Source: Candidatus Methanomethylicia archaeon
GTDB taxonomy: Archaea; Thermoproteota; Methanomethylicia; CALHIW01
Length of the DNA stretch: 64,000 nucleotides
Direction of reading: 5' to 3'
Assembly: GCA_038845975.1 (NCBI GenBank)
Contig: JAWBQF010000007.1
Location: forward strand, 1-64,000
How positions within the stretch are numbered: position 1 is the first letter of the stretch; each line of letters begins with the position of its first letter. Of the stretch, positions 9,307-20,136 are shown in pieces. Below the pieces are notes generated by a model that worked only from the letters and a program-made list of their open reading frames with translations, did no database searches and was not told the DNA's origin. Made by a program: the position numbers and the translations under genes.

Positions 9307-10527
9307 TTATTGAGGACTAACAGATATGTTTTCTGCTACTAATTCTGTTATATCGTATACCTTTATGTTCTTATTAATTTTATTTGCAGCATTTGTAAAT
9401 GTTATTTTACATATAGGGCAAGCCGATACTAATATTTCTGCTTCAACCTTACTAGCCTGGTTTAATCTATGTTCAGCAATTTTTAATGTAAGTTCAGGAT
9501 GTATGAATTCGAGGAAAGCCCCACCACCACAACAGTATGTATTCATTTTGTTTTCAGGCATTTCTACTAAGTAATGGAATTCAGCTTCCCTAGGAATAAT
9601 CTGTCTTAACACATTTCTAGGCTCATTTATAATTCCTCCTAAACGCGATAGAGAGCATGGATCATGATAGGTTATTTTTTTAATAATTCTTTTATTTATT
9701 TTTAGTTTGCCCTCATTTAGATACTTATTAATTAGCTCTGATATATGTAGTACTTCAAAGTTATAGTTAACGTTTAACTCTGGATATTCCCACTTAAACA
9801 TTCTATAACATTCTGCACAGCTTACAACTACTTTCTCAATATTTAGAGACTCTATTTCCTTAACGTTACGTTCAGCAAAGTTTTTTGCAGCATCCATGTT
9901 TCCAAGAGATATCCATGTACTACCACAACACCATTCATTATTCATTATAGTCCAGTTTTCACCTACACTTCTTAGAATATGTACTGTCGACTTAGCTATA
10001 TTAGGTTCTCTTATTGCTGAAGTACATCCAACAAAATAGAGAATATCTGATCCCTTAACATTTACAGGTACTTGAAAGTCTAGTTTTTTAAGCCATTCAA
10101 GCCTTTCATTGGATCCGTAAGGGTTTTTATATTTCATTAATAGTTCATCAATGTTTTTCAGTGGTTCAGGGATATATCCAGCCTTATAAATCATTGATCT
10201 TAAAACCTCTCTTAGCTCCCTATTACGTATACCTATAATACATCCAATCCAGCATCTACCACATAGAGTACATAGGTATGCTGCTTCAGCTGCTTTACGT
10301 AGCTCTTTAAGATTAACTTTACTTGTTGAGCTTATCAGGCCCATTATGCTTACGTCTTTACCAATGATCTTTCTTAGCTCTTGAAGCTTTAACGCTGGAA
10401 CCGCAATTATACTTTTATCCTGCTCATATACTGGACATACCTCACTACATGCACCACATCTTACACATGTTTCAAGCTCAACTATCTGCGATGCTTTAAG
10501 CTCTCTCAATAAGTTTTCAGCAACCAT
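9307..10527 (-). CDS. HdrD/GlcF-like Fe-S oxidoreductase with two CCG domains
   Basis: CVRCGACSEVCP, CTLCGRC...C, CCGS..CAEC, YHDPC..CCGGG..CPIC. Confidence 0.88.
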   Translation of the reverse strand: MVAENLLRELKASQIVELETCVRCGACSEVCPVYEQDKSIIAVPALKLQELRKIIGKDVSIMGLISSTSKVNLKELRKAAEAAYLCTLCGRCWIGCIIGIRNRELREVLRSMIYKAGYIPEPLKNIDELLMKYKNPYGSNERLEWLKKLDFQVPVNVKGSDILYFVGCTSAIREPNIAKSTVHILRSVGENWTIMNNEWCCGSTWISLGNMDAAKNFAERNVKEIESLNIEKVVVSCAECYRMFKWEYPELNVNYNFEVLHISELINKYLNEGKLKINKRIIKKITYHDPCSLSRLGGIINEPRNVLRQIIPREAEFHYLVEMPENKMNTYCCGGGAFLEFIHPELTLKIAEHRLNQASKVEAEILVSACPICKITFTNAANKINKNIKVYDITELVAENISVSPQ

Positions 10528-11231
10528 TAATCTCCACCTAAAGCTGCTTTTTTCAATCCTGATAACATCATAACTATTATTGAAGTAATTCCATGGAAGA
10601 ACTTACTAAATGGAGTATACATTATAAATACTTGAACAACTACTAGATGAAATGCTATTATGTATAGTCTATAATCTGGAAATAACTGACTAGATAATGC
10701 TGCAGCAAATCCTGTAACTCCAACAATCAATAACAATGGTACAGCTATAAAGTCCCCAATACTTGAAATTACTTTTAGAGCTTTATTTGTAGCGTATTGG
10801 TATAGTCTTCTAATAAACATCAATGTAAGGCATGAAATGAATATTATTGACAGTATATGGGTAAAGGGCTTTGGAATATAAAGTATTATAGGTATTGCTA
10901 TATATTGTTTAAGTAGAGCAAGTATTGTATCTATATGTGCTTTTGTTAGTAGTAATGTTATGAATATTATATGCATACCTACCCCGATAATGTAGAAAGC
11001 CATATCCCTTTTAGCAGCTAGAGAATAGCTTGGTAGATGGTCTAGAACGAATGAGTTGAAAATTCCTTTTAATTTACTTCCTCTATAGCTTTTTAAGCCT
11101 CCTAATACTGGAGATACTTTCCATATCATAAACCATCTTAGAGAACGTAGAGCTACACCATAAATAAAAATGAATATTGTAATTAATGGAAGCATTGTAC
11201 TTGTAAACGCAATTACTTGTCCTTCAAACAT
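10527..11231 (-). CDS. NarI/HdrE/DsrM-like cytochrome b membrane subunit
   Basis: About 5 TM segments; conserved His (GMH, AH, FH) and PFSKFFH motif; translationally coupled to the HdrD-like gene. Confidence 0.8.
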   Translation of the reverse strand: MFEGQVIAFTSTMLPLITIFIFIYGVALRSLRWFMIWKVSPVLGGLKSYRGSKLKGIFNSFVLDHLPSYSLAAKRDMAFYIIGVGMHIIFITLLLTKAHIDTILALLKQYIAIPIILYIPKPFTHILSIIFISCLTLMFIRRLYQYATNKALKVISSIGDFIAVPLLLIVGVTGFAAALSSQLFPDYRLYIIAFHLVVVQVFIMYTPFSKFFHGITSIIVMMLSGLKKAALGGD

Positions 11232-11251
11232 TTCACAACACCTACTAGCAT

Positions 11252-11548
11252 TTATTTCTCTTTTTTAACCGGTGTTTTAGCTTCTTCCTCAACTGCAATA
11301 GGGGGAAACTCAACTTCAACCATTGCTACTTTTCTCTTATGGAATGTATATGCTAGATCTATAGTAATACAGCAGGAAAATGCAATAAGTGTTGCTACAT
11401 AGATCCATATAATCTGCATTATATTTGACCCTGTAAGGAGCATTGCACCTCCAAAAATAGCTAATACCAGTGATACTATGAACATGATAGCATAAGCAGT
11501 AGCTACATAAGTTCCACCATCTCTACCAGTCTTCACATAATTGATCAT
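11252..11548 (-). CDS. Small 2-TM hypothetical protein, first gene of the hdrED-like operon; paralog of 2285..2593
   Basis: GGAGGTGG SD; two TM segments; shared C-terminal motif. Confidence 0.72.
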   Translation of the reverse strand: MINYVKTGRDGGTYVATAYAIMFIVSLVLAIFGGAMLLTGSNIMQIIWIYVATLIAFSCCITIDLAYTFHKRKVAMVEVEFPPIAVEEEAKTPVKKEK

Positions 11549-11739
11549 GTTTTTACCACCTCCAATCTAATCTTTATAAGGAATAAATATAATGCTTATG
11601 TATTTACTTTTTAAACTAGTATTTACAGTATATACATATTATGTTAACTTTACTTCTTTCTATCAGTTTATATTCTAGAAAATAATTCACTTTTACTCAA
11701 GTATTTTATTTGTTCACCATCACATTTATTCTTCATAAA

Positions 11740-11845
11740 GCTAAAGTAACTGAAGCTCTCTCCCTAAAAGCCTAATAACTTTAGCCATAAGCTCACCGTA
11801 AATAAGAGGGAAGAACTCCAAAATAAAGCTAAAGCTCACAAAGCC
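11740..11845 (-). repeat. Right-end fragment of the IS6-derived repeat family
   Basis: TAAATAAGAGGGAAGAACTCCAAAATAAAGCTAAAGCTCACAAAGCC resembles 4585-4630. Confidence 0.65.
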
Positions 11846-11904
11846 CTAATTTAGTAGAAAAATATTTATATAAGTGGACTTAATGGATTAGTTAAGGGAG
11901 TTTC

Positions 11905-12804
11905 ATGACTGAATTAGTATCTCGTAGAAGCTTTTTTAAAGCATGCTCTTTAGCTACTTTAGCACTATTTCACTCCTCTAATCTAGATTTTTATTCCAGA
12001 GTAAATATTAAGCAGAATATACAGCAAGCTTCAATACTTTATGACTCTACTAAATGTAGAGCTTGCGGTCTATGTTTCTTTGCGTGTAAAAATAAAAATA
12101 ATCTTCCAATTGATGGAAATCCAAGTTGGATTAATCAAAGCCTCTCAGAGAAGACATGGGTTACTGTAAATATAGTTCGTTCAAGTAGTGGATTTGTTTC
12201 CTATCTTAGAAGGGCTTGTATGCATTGTTTAGATCCTCCCTGTCTTCCTGTTTGCCCTGTTAAAGCAATATATAAGAATGAGTATGGTATTGTTTTAACT
12301 GATTATAATAAGTGCTTTGGATGTGGTTATTGTGTTGTAGCATGCCCATATGATGCGAGACATATAGACAAGAAAGGAGTAGTATATAGAGGTGTATCGG
12401 TTAAATGTACTATGTGTGAGGATAGAGTTAAACAAGGTTTAGAACCTGCATGTGTTGCAGCATGTCCATTTAACGCGCTGGAATTTGGTGAACGTAATGA
12501 AATCATCAGGAGAGCTAGAGAGAGAGTTGCGTACTTAAGAGGAAGAGGAATTGAAAGTTATGTTTTCGGTGATGAGGAGGATATTGGAAACTCTGTGATT
12601 TATGTTCTTCCAGTAGAGCCCGAAAAGTTAGGTTTACCTATACGTGAAATGAGGATTCCGCCGCCAGTAGCTCTTCAAGAGCTTTTAATACAACGAGGAG
12701 GATTAGCAATATTCGGTGCAGCAGCACTAGCATTCCTAAGCTTCATACTATGGAGAAGAGAAATGATACTTAGAGCAAGAATAAAGGAAAAATCTAAAAC
12801 ATAA
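11905..12804 (+). CDS. Tat-exported 4x[4Fe-4S] subunit with C-terminal TM anchor (FdnH/HybA-like)
   Basis: SRRSFFK Tat motif; four ferredoxin Cys clusters; C-terminal TM; BRE/TATA near 11857-11872. Confidence 0.87.
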   Translation: MTELVSRRSFFKACSLATLALFHSSNLDFYSRVNIKQNIQQASILYDSTKCRACGLCFFACKNKNNLPIDGNPSWINQSLSEKTWVTVNIVRSSSGFVSYLRRACMHCLDPPCLPVCPVKAIYKNEYGIVLTDYNKCFGCGYCVVACPYDARHIDKKGVVYRGVSVKCTMCEDRVKQGLEPACVAACPFNALEFGERNEIIRRARERVAYLRGRGIESYVFGDEEDIGNSVIYVLPVEPEKLGLPIREMRIPPPVALQELLIQRGGLAIFGAAALAFLSFILWRREMILRARIKEKSKT

Positions 12805-13399
12805 ATTATTTTATATACATATCCTGGTTTTCATCAAATTTAAGTTTTACCTTCTATATTTCTAGCATAGATGTGAGTTATTGTTTATGACGGCTTTAGC
12901 TAGGAGAATAGTATTACCTGTTGTTAATGAGTGCTCACGACATTATAGTCTTTGATGTTACGGCTTACATAATTTTCAATAAAATATGAGGAAGACTTAT
13001 AGATTCTTCTGAATGAGTTGAAGCTCCAAACGTAAGATAAATTGTTGAAAGGATTAAAGATATAGGAAACATAAAGTGCTTAATCTATTAAGCTTAAGGG
13101 TAATGCAGCTCTCGTTGATACTAAGCCATTCTTCTAGCAACATCTAAACTATTAGATCCAGAAACTGCTATAAATTTCCTCTCATCATTACTAATCACCT
13201 CATTAACTATATTGTTTACAGCCTCATCCTAATCATAGCTAACCACAGAAATGAGAATTATAAGGTTTAAGAGATATAGGGGAAAGCATCAATCATTAAG
13301 AGGGGGAGTATAGACTATGACCCTATAAGGAGTATAGATTATAGGGCTACATGCTCTACGGATGAGATATGTAAATTCCTATACTAGGAAGTTCAATAT

Positions 13400-13980
13400 A
13401 TCTGAGAATTAGAAGAATTTGAATAAATATACAAACAATACTAATCAATACAAATAGAGTTCCTAATCAACTTTAATTTTGGTGTTTTGTAAATTCACAT
13501 TAGAGTGTATATGATTAGTATAGGAACTTATTTGGAAACTTTAGTAGTATTGTTATGCTATTTATATGGGTATAGAACATTAATTTTTGTTTCTTTATTT
13601 CATTGTTATTTTCTGAATGACATTATCATGTGAAGAACCTTTCAGAAGCGTTTTTCATACTCTTATACGTCTCTTTGAACATGTTTCCAACTATTTAAAT
13701 AGATGATTGAAGTGGATGGAACTCTGCGCCTCTAATCCTTAAGACTAGTGATAAGCATGATTCTAAATGATTTGATAAATTTATAAGACTAGGAAGCTTC
13801 AAAAGAACTTACGTAGATTTAGCTTGTGATAGTGAAGCTATAGGAAATAGGTTAGCATCAATATCATAATAGTAAACATACCTGTAAAACCTAGAATGAA
13901 AGAAGCCTAAGCCATAAGATGTTAAGCTTTACAATAGAGTGAAGACAGTCATTGAGGGATTCTATATAGGTACTAAAAGC
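13400..13980 (+). pseudogene. Heavily degraded IS5/IS982-like transposase remnant
   Basis: Fragments IEVDGTL, LACD and KLYNRVKTVIEGFY separated by stops and frameshifts; boundaries approximate. Confidence 0.4.
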
Positions 13981-14096
13981 TTAAGAAAAATAACCGTAAG
14001 GTATGAGAGACTAGCAATAACCTATAAAGTCCTTATAACCATAGCATATACAGTAATACATATAAGATAGGGTTAAAGATTTAATAAATAGGATTA

Positions 14097-15053
14097 TTAT
14101 ATTAGTTGTCCTGCAATTACAATGGAGTATCTCATAAATATTCCACCAATTAATACGCAGAGAGCAAGGATAGCTATCACTATAGGATACCACTTTACAA
14201 ATCTAATGGTTCTCCCCATCCATGCAAGTAGAATACAGCCCATTAATGGAATTATAAGACCTATGGTAATGACAAGTAACCAAAATATTAAACTTAACTC
14301 ACCATACAGGAGAGCTGCAGCTGAAGCTGTAGCCGCTGGATTCCTTGGCGCAACTATAGGGATTCCGTAATATGTTCCAAATACATAGGATATTATTGCT
14401 CCTAACTCTATAGTGAGCATATAAGCATCAGCTGTGTCCAGTTTATGAAGAATTTCTATAATAATTTTTTTAGGAGCTCCTTCCCTAACAATTGGATATA
14501 GAAATGAGCTAAGGAAACCTATAGCCATTAGTCCTGTAGAAATCCCAGATGAGAAAAATACTAATACTAAAAGAGGAGTATGCCAGAAAGGCTTAGCTCG
14601 TATAACGCCTAAAACAAAACTTGTATATCCTACTAGCCCACATGCAATGAAGAATAGAATAATCTCAATAAGTCTTCTTAATTTAATACTTCTAGTCCAG
14701 AAAAACCATTTTTTAATTATTTCAGCAAAGGGTAGTGCTTCAGGAGGATGATATGAAACATATATAATGCCTAGTGGTATAATTGTTGAAAGTATAGTTG
14801 TCCCAACACTAATCATGGATGTTGGTAAATTCGAATATAAGAACATCGCTCTTTCAGGTCTACCAGCATCAAGTGCAAAGAAGATTATACATAATATCGC
14901 ACTAACAACTCCTATATAGTTTCCAAACTTAATTATCTCTTTATATCTTTCACTAGTTAATATGCTTGTAACTACTGCAATAATAAATGCTCCACCACCA
15001 AGTCCACCGAAGAATAATGCAAGAGCTATTTCCCAACCCCAAGCAACCTCCAT
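14097..15053 (-). CDS. NrfD/PsrC-family membrane anchor subunit
   Basis: WGWEIALALFFGGLGGG, DAGRPER, YTSFVL..PFWHTP and GGIFMRY motifs; start MEVAW after GGTGA SD. Confidence 0.88.
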   Translation of the reverse strand: MEVAWGWEIALALFFGGLGGGAFIIAVVTSILTSERYKEIIKFGNYIGVVSAILCIIFFALDAGRPERAMFLYSNLPTSMISVGTTILSTIIPLGIIYVSYHPPEALPFAEIIKKWFFWTRSIKLRRLIEIILFFIACGLVGYTSFVLGVIRAKPFWHTPLLVLVFFSSGISTGLMAIGFLSSFLYPIVREGAPKKIIIEILHKLDTADAYMLTIELGAIISYVFGTYYGIPIVAPRNPAATASAAALLYGELSLIFWLLVITIGLIIPLMGCILLAWMGRTIRFVKWYPIVIAILALCVLIGGIFMRYSIVIAGQLI

Positions 15054-15952
15054 AAAATCACCTATAAATACTAACAACGAGGAAACAGCATCTTTAATAA
15101 AATTTATGTATAATTTATAAATACTAATTCAAAGTTCTATTTACCATTGTAAACTGTTTATGGTTACTCTATAAGTCTTTAACTAAATACTAGTTATAGT
15201 ATAGTGGCTTTAAAGGTAAAAATATATTTAAATCAGAAAGTAGCTATATGTACTAAATGGATTAAGATAAGCTATAGTTATCCCATAACCTATAAATTTA
15301 ACTAAAAACCTTATTATATTGGCGATTGATTATACATTACCTCTATACTTAACAGTTTTAAACCTTATATCTTGACCATGCTATATATAGAACTTTATCT
15401 TCCTACTTATATTAAACTACATATTCCCTAGTAATTAATTAGGTCTACAACTATAGTAAATTTTGGAGAGGTATGGGAGAGACGCATTATAGGCTAAAGT
15501 AAGAGAAATACTGTATTATCTTAGAGATAAAAAGATTAGCATTAAATCCATGGGATACTTTATCTTTGGCTAGTAATTTAGAACTCATCGCAAAACTCCA
15601 GAATTTAAACATGTTACAGCCTTCTTACAATACTATTCTAACATGTAGAATTAAACCAGTTGAACCTTGGTAGTAGGTTTTACAATGACTTCTTAGGTAA
15701 GTTTTCTATTAATTTTGTTTACGCTCCTTAATGAGGTTATTATGACTGTTAGTATGTAGATTAGTTTAGGATTTTGTTATTACTTTTATTGGATTTATTC
15801 TTCTTGATTTTTTACACGTTTGAATGCTGCTAAGTATAGGCTTATATTGTCTTACATATTCCTCTATGTATTAATATTCTATTCCTACAATTACTTACAG
15901 CTTACTAATTTAAGCTAAGCTGGAAGCATTACTGAAAAATAAATAAAATTGT

Positions 15953-16762
15953 TTATGGAGTTTCTTTACTCTCTATTTCTCTAGTTCTTCTTCTAGCGAT
16001 TATAGCTGCTACTGCACCTACAGCTATTATTGCTAATCCTCCTATAGCTATATTTCTAAGAGATTCTGAAGAGAGAGTGGGTTGAATCGCTTCAGTAACT
16101 GTTTTTATGGGCATGACTTCAGGTACTTCATATACTTTCTTTGCAACTATTGGTAGACCTAGCTTTTCTGGTGAGGCTGTAAGTACCATTATTACTCCAG
16201 TTCCGCCAGCTTCCTCAATACCGTATAGATATCCCCTAGTTTCAGATGCTAGTTGCTTAGCACGTTCAACTATTTTATTTCTTTCATCAAATTCAAGAGC
16301 TTCAGTAGGACATGCTTCAACACATGCTGGTTTTAAACCTAGTTCAAGCCTATCGAGGCATAGAGTACATTTTCTTGTTCCTAGTCCTCTCTCAAATCTT
16401 GGGATTTTGAATGGACATGCTTCAACACATGCTAAGCATCCAACACATCTCTCTGAATTTATGACTACTGCTCCTGTTTCAGGATCTTTCATTATTGCTC
16501 TTGGAGGACATACCTTCACACATATTGGTTCAAGACAGTGCATACATCTATATGTGGAGAAATGCATTTTAACTTCCTCTCCCTCTTTCAGTTCAATTAT
16601 CTTTATTATATTCCATGTATTTGACGACAGATCTGGTGGATTAGTCCATGTCTCTCCTAGAGATGTTTTTTCAGCTTTAAGTTCATTCCATCTCTTACAT
16701 GCGACTTGACACGCTCTACATCCTATACATCTAAACGCATTATATAGTATTGATTTAGTCAA
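15953..16762 (-). CDS. Formate dehydrogenase Fe-S beta subunit (FdnH-like) with C-terminal TM
   Basis: CIGCRACQVACKRWN, CMHC, CVGC, CTLC, YGIEEAGGT; TTG start after GAGGTGA SD directly downstream of the alpha subunit. Confidence 0.88.
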   Translation of the reverse strand: MTKSILYNAFRCIGCRACQVACKRWNELKAEKTSLGETWTNPPDLSSNTWNIIKIIELKEGEEVKMHFSTYRCMHCLEPICVKVCPPRAIMKDPETGAVVINSERCVGCLACVEACPFKIPRFERGLGTRKCTLCLDRLELGLKPACVEACPTEALEFDERNKIVERAKQLASETRGYLYGIEEAGGTGVIMVLTASPEKLGLPIVAKKVYEVPEVMPIKTVTEAIQPTLSSESLRNIAIGGLAIIAVGAVAAIIARRRTREIESKETP

Positions 16763-16772
16763 GATGTTCACC

Positions 16773-19700
16773 TCATACCTTTTCAATACTACATAAGCAT
16801 ACCTTATATTCTGGAATGTTTGCACTTAAATCTACACAATCTATTGTAAGATCGTTTGCTGAAGCTCCTGTTACTAGTCCCTTAAAGCCCCAATGCCATG
16901 GAACTGCAACTTCATGTATTATCTTACCATTAATTTTAAGAGGTTTAATTCTCTCTGTAACCATAGCTTTCACCTTTATTCCAGTAATATTTCTAGCTGT
17001 TTTTAAAATAACATAGTCTCCTGTCTTCACATTAAGGCTTTTAGCTAATTCAGGACTTATCTCAACAAACATTTCAGGCTGAAGCTCAGCTAGCCATGCT
17101 AAATTCCTTGTTAATGCTCCTGTTTGCATATGTTCAGCAAGTCTAAAGGTTGTAAGAATATACGGGAATTCACCTTTACCTATCACTTCATCCTTCCCCC
17201 TCTTTATCTCTTTTGTTATTATGTCAAACCAGACAACATCCTTAATTAGAGTATGATCCCACATTGTAGGATATTCTTTAGCTAGATTTGGATCTGGGGA
17301 TTCAAGCGGTTCATTATGTAATGGGAAACCATACTTTCTAGGATCATGAGCTGGCTTGGTTGGATCGTAAAGCGGTTGAGACCATAGAGCTGCTTTATCC
17401 CATCCAAGCCAAACCTTTGGATTATGAGCCCACCAAGTAAAGAATTGATTTACTGGTGGGTATGACTGTGTTTCTTTACTATTATATAGGATTCTCTGAT
17501 TCCTCATCCAGGAAAACGCCCAATTCTTAAAGTAGCCGTATTTTGCATCCTCCTCATCTACTGGAGTTCTATCCCTTCTCTTTGCTAAGATTCCTCCTAT
17601 ACTGGAATACTTAGGATCTGGATCATAAGCATCCCTATAGATAATATTTGCTGGTGCTTGGGGAAGTACTGCTGTTCCAACTTTAAGCGCTCCATATTTA
17701 TAACATATCTCTTTATAGATGGATTCAGCGTCCCTTCCAAATCTTGAAGGCCAACACTCATCAACATTGTTTTCCACTTCAACACCACCAATTACCCTCT
17801 TAATACTAACACCTTTTTCAGCCTCGAAGAGTTCAGATGGTGTTTTTACTCCAGCATTTTTTCGAAGAACATTAAAGATCTCTGTGATAAGTATTAGCTC
17901 ATTCATGGGTTGACCTTTATACTTTTCTATTGGTGGATCTACAGCTTTCCACTGCCACTGAATCCATCTTCCAGTATTTGTTACGCTTCCCTCTCTTTCT
18001 ATTCTAAAGGTTCCAGGTAGAAGTATATCTGCAAAAACAGCTGTCTCCGTTTCAAATACATCACATACAACTGTAAATAACCCTTCCTTTTTAAGGGATT
18101 CCTTTATGAAGTTTGCATTTGGCATTGATACTACCGGGTTTTCCCCAAATATGAATAGTACTTTAATTCTACCATCCATAACAGCTCTAAAAAGTTGTAC
18201 TATAGCATTCCCAGTTCCTATAGGGAGATCGCAGACAACAGGTTCATTATCGGGATCTTTACCTGGCCAAGTACCTACATATATGCCCCAATGATATTCA
18301 AGAGCATTCCATGTGGGAAACATTCTATCATCCCATCTGAAAACATCCGCCTTATTTTGAGCTGCAGCTTCCTCTATACTACTCCATGGATATGGTACTC
18401 CTCCCGGGACCCCACCCCTCTCTTCTGGTTTTGTATTCTTCCATTTCTGATATCTTCTAACATCATCAAGATTTCTTGGAGGAACCCTATAACCCATAAT
18501 AACATGGGATAATACATTCATATCAGTACTTCCCTGAACGTTTGAAATTCCTCTTAAAGCATTTACTCCCCCACCTGGAACACCTATGTTACCTAGTAGT
18601 AATTGGAGAATTGCCTGAGCCCTAATTGCTTGAACAGCATTTGTATGTTGAGTTGTCCCCATGGCATAGTAGATGTTTCCGGGCTTTAATGAAGTAAAAG
18701 TTTCAGCAATCTCGTAGAATTTCTCCTTAGGTATTCCCGAAACACGTTCAACTTCTTCTGGAGTAAACTTCCCAACAATTTCCTTAAGCTTATTGAAGAT
18801 GGAGTTTTTATTTGTTTTCCAGTCGTCTAGCTTGTTTCCATCGAGATCATAGGGAGCATTTGTACGTTCTTCAACATACTTCCAATCGATTCTCTCAGGT
18901 TTTTCATACATTAAATATCTTATTAAGCCTAAGAATATTATTGCTTCACTTCCACTTCTATATCTTACATAGATATCTGCCTTACTGGCGGATCTATGAT
19001 ATCGAGGATCTAGAACTATTATCTTAGCATTATTCCTCTCCTTTGCTCTAGTTACCCATCTAAACTCCATAGTATGGGATTCAGCAGGATTACTAAGTAT
19101 AAGGAATACCTTTGAGTTCTTAGCATCTATTACGTGGTTGGTCATAGCTCCAAATCCAAAGGTGTTTGCTAGGGCAACAACAGTAGATGCATGACATTTC
19201 CTTGCTTGATGTTCTACATTTAAAGAGCCTAGAAGAGACATCATCTTCTTTATGAGATAGCATTCTTCATTATTGAAGTAAGCTGATCCTAAAGATGCTA
19301 CAGGACAATCCCTTCCTATCCTATAGTAGTTGTCTTTATTATCCTTATATGGAAAGCCCTCCATCGCTATCTTTACTTTTTCAGAGATTATTTTGAATGC
19401 TTCATCCCAGCTTATAGGAACCCACATTGGATCTTCATTCTCCCCCTTTCTTGGATTTGTACGTTTTAACGGTTGGAGAAGCCTTCTCTCATTATATATG
19501 GATTGATAATATGCTGAAGCTTTACTGCATAGAGCACCTTCATTTATGGGATGTTCTGGATCACCTTCTATTTCAAGAATCCCATTATCCAAAACAGTTG
19601 CAAGTACACCACATCCTCCAGCACAGTATATACATATACTTGGAATTTTCTTACCAAACTTGTACAACTTAGCCTTTTCTATAACTGGTTTAGCTTCAAA

Positions 19701-19787
19701 CTCTGGTGTAAGAACTGGAAAAGATAGGGTTATAGTGGCTAAGCATGCTTTTAAGAAGTCTCTACGTGATATTGGCTCCCTTATCAT
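16773..19787 (-). CDS. fdnG: Mo/W-bisPGD formate dehydrogenase alpha subunit, Fdn/Fdo type, Cys ligand, Tat-exported
   Basis: SRRDFLK; CIYCAGGC..C; EHQARKCHASTV..FGFGAMTNH; YAMGTTQH; ALRGISNVQG; NTGRWIQW. Confidence 0.9.
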   Translation of the reverse strand: MIREPISRRDFLKACLATITLSFPVLTPEFEAKPVIEKAKLYKFGKKIPSICIYCAGGCGVLATVLDNGILEIEGDPEHPINEGALCSKASAYYQSIYNERRLLQPLKRTNPRKGENEDPMWVPISWDEAFKIISEKVKIAMEGFPYKDNKDNYYRIGRDCPVASLGSAYFNNEECYLIKKMMSLLGSLNVEHQARKCHASTVVALANTFGFGAMTNHVIDAKNSKVFLILSNPAESHTMEFRWVTRAKERNNAKIIVLDPRYHRSASKADIYVRYRSGSEAIIFLGLIRYLMYEKPERIDWKYVEERTNAPYDLDGNKLDDWKTNKNSIFNKLKEIVGKFTPEEVERVSGIPKEKFYEIAETFTSLKPGNIYYAMGTTQHTNAVQAIRAQAILQLLLGNIGVPGGGVNALRGISNVQGSTDMNVLSHVIMGYRVPPRNLDDVRRYQKWKNTKPEERGGVPGGVPYPWSSIEEAAAQNKADVFRWDDRMFPTWNALEYHWGIYVGTWPGKDPDNEPVVCDLPIGTGNAIVQLFRAVMDGRIKVLFIFGENPVVSMPNANFIKESLKKEGLFTVVCDVFETETAVFADILLPGTFRIEREGSVTNTGRWIQWQWKAVDPPIEKYKGQPMNELILITEIFNVLRKNAGVKTPSELFEAEKGVSIKRVIGGVEVENNVDECWPSRFGRDAESIYKEICYKYGALKVGTAVLPQAPANIIYRDAYDPDPKYSSIGGILAKRRDRTPVDEEDAKYGYFKNWAFSWMRNQRILYNSKETQSYPPVNQFFTWWAHNPKVWLGWDKAALWSQPLYDPTKPAHDPRKYGFPLHNEPLESPDPNLAKEYPTMWDHTLIKDVVWFDIITKEIKRGKDEVIGKGEFPYILTTFRLAEHMQTGALTRNLAWLAELQPEMFVEISPELAKSLNVKTGDYVILKTARNITGIKVKAMVTERIKPLKINGKIIHEVAVPWHWGFKGLVTGASANDLTIDCVDLSANIPEYKVCLCSIEKV

Positions 19788-20136
19788 AGAGGTCCAAAGA
19801 GAGCTAGAATCAGTAATATAAAAAGTTTACGCTTCTTTTTAAATGTAACAATGTCCATACAATAATGAGCTCAATATTATACTCATCAGCATAAGCATTC
19901 TCAACTGATATGAATAAATGATGATAACTCATCGGGCCTATGAATCCATATCTACGTATATTAATAGCTAAAAATCTTATCTGGTCCTCATCAAATTACA
20001 TCCAGAGGAATAAGTTGATAAAGCCTACAAACATGAATGGTGTTTTTACATCTACATCTTCTAATGATAACATATTAAGAATATTCTAATTAACATTTGA
20101 AATTCAGAACAGCATTAACTAGCAAAATACTTAAAT

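Noticed and set aside
2604-15153. TTTAC-N4/5-GTAAA palindromes upstream of 2593 and 15053 as RHH operators
   Set aside because: Spacing differs between the two and such motifs are expected by chance in AT-rich DNA
19180-19215. Possible selenocysteine recoding in FDH alpha
   Set aside because: The active-site codon is TGT (Cys) and the ORF is uninterrupted
19860-19960. Possible C/D sRNA between FDH alpha and fdhE (ATGATGA)
   Set aside because: No correctly spaced downstream CTGA box
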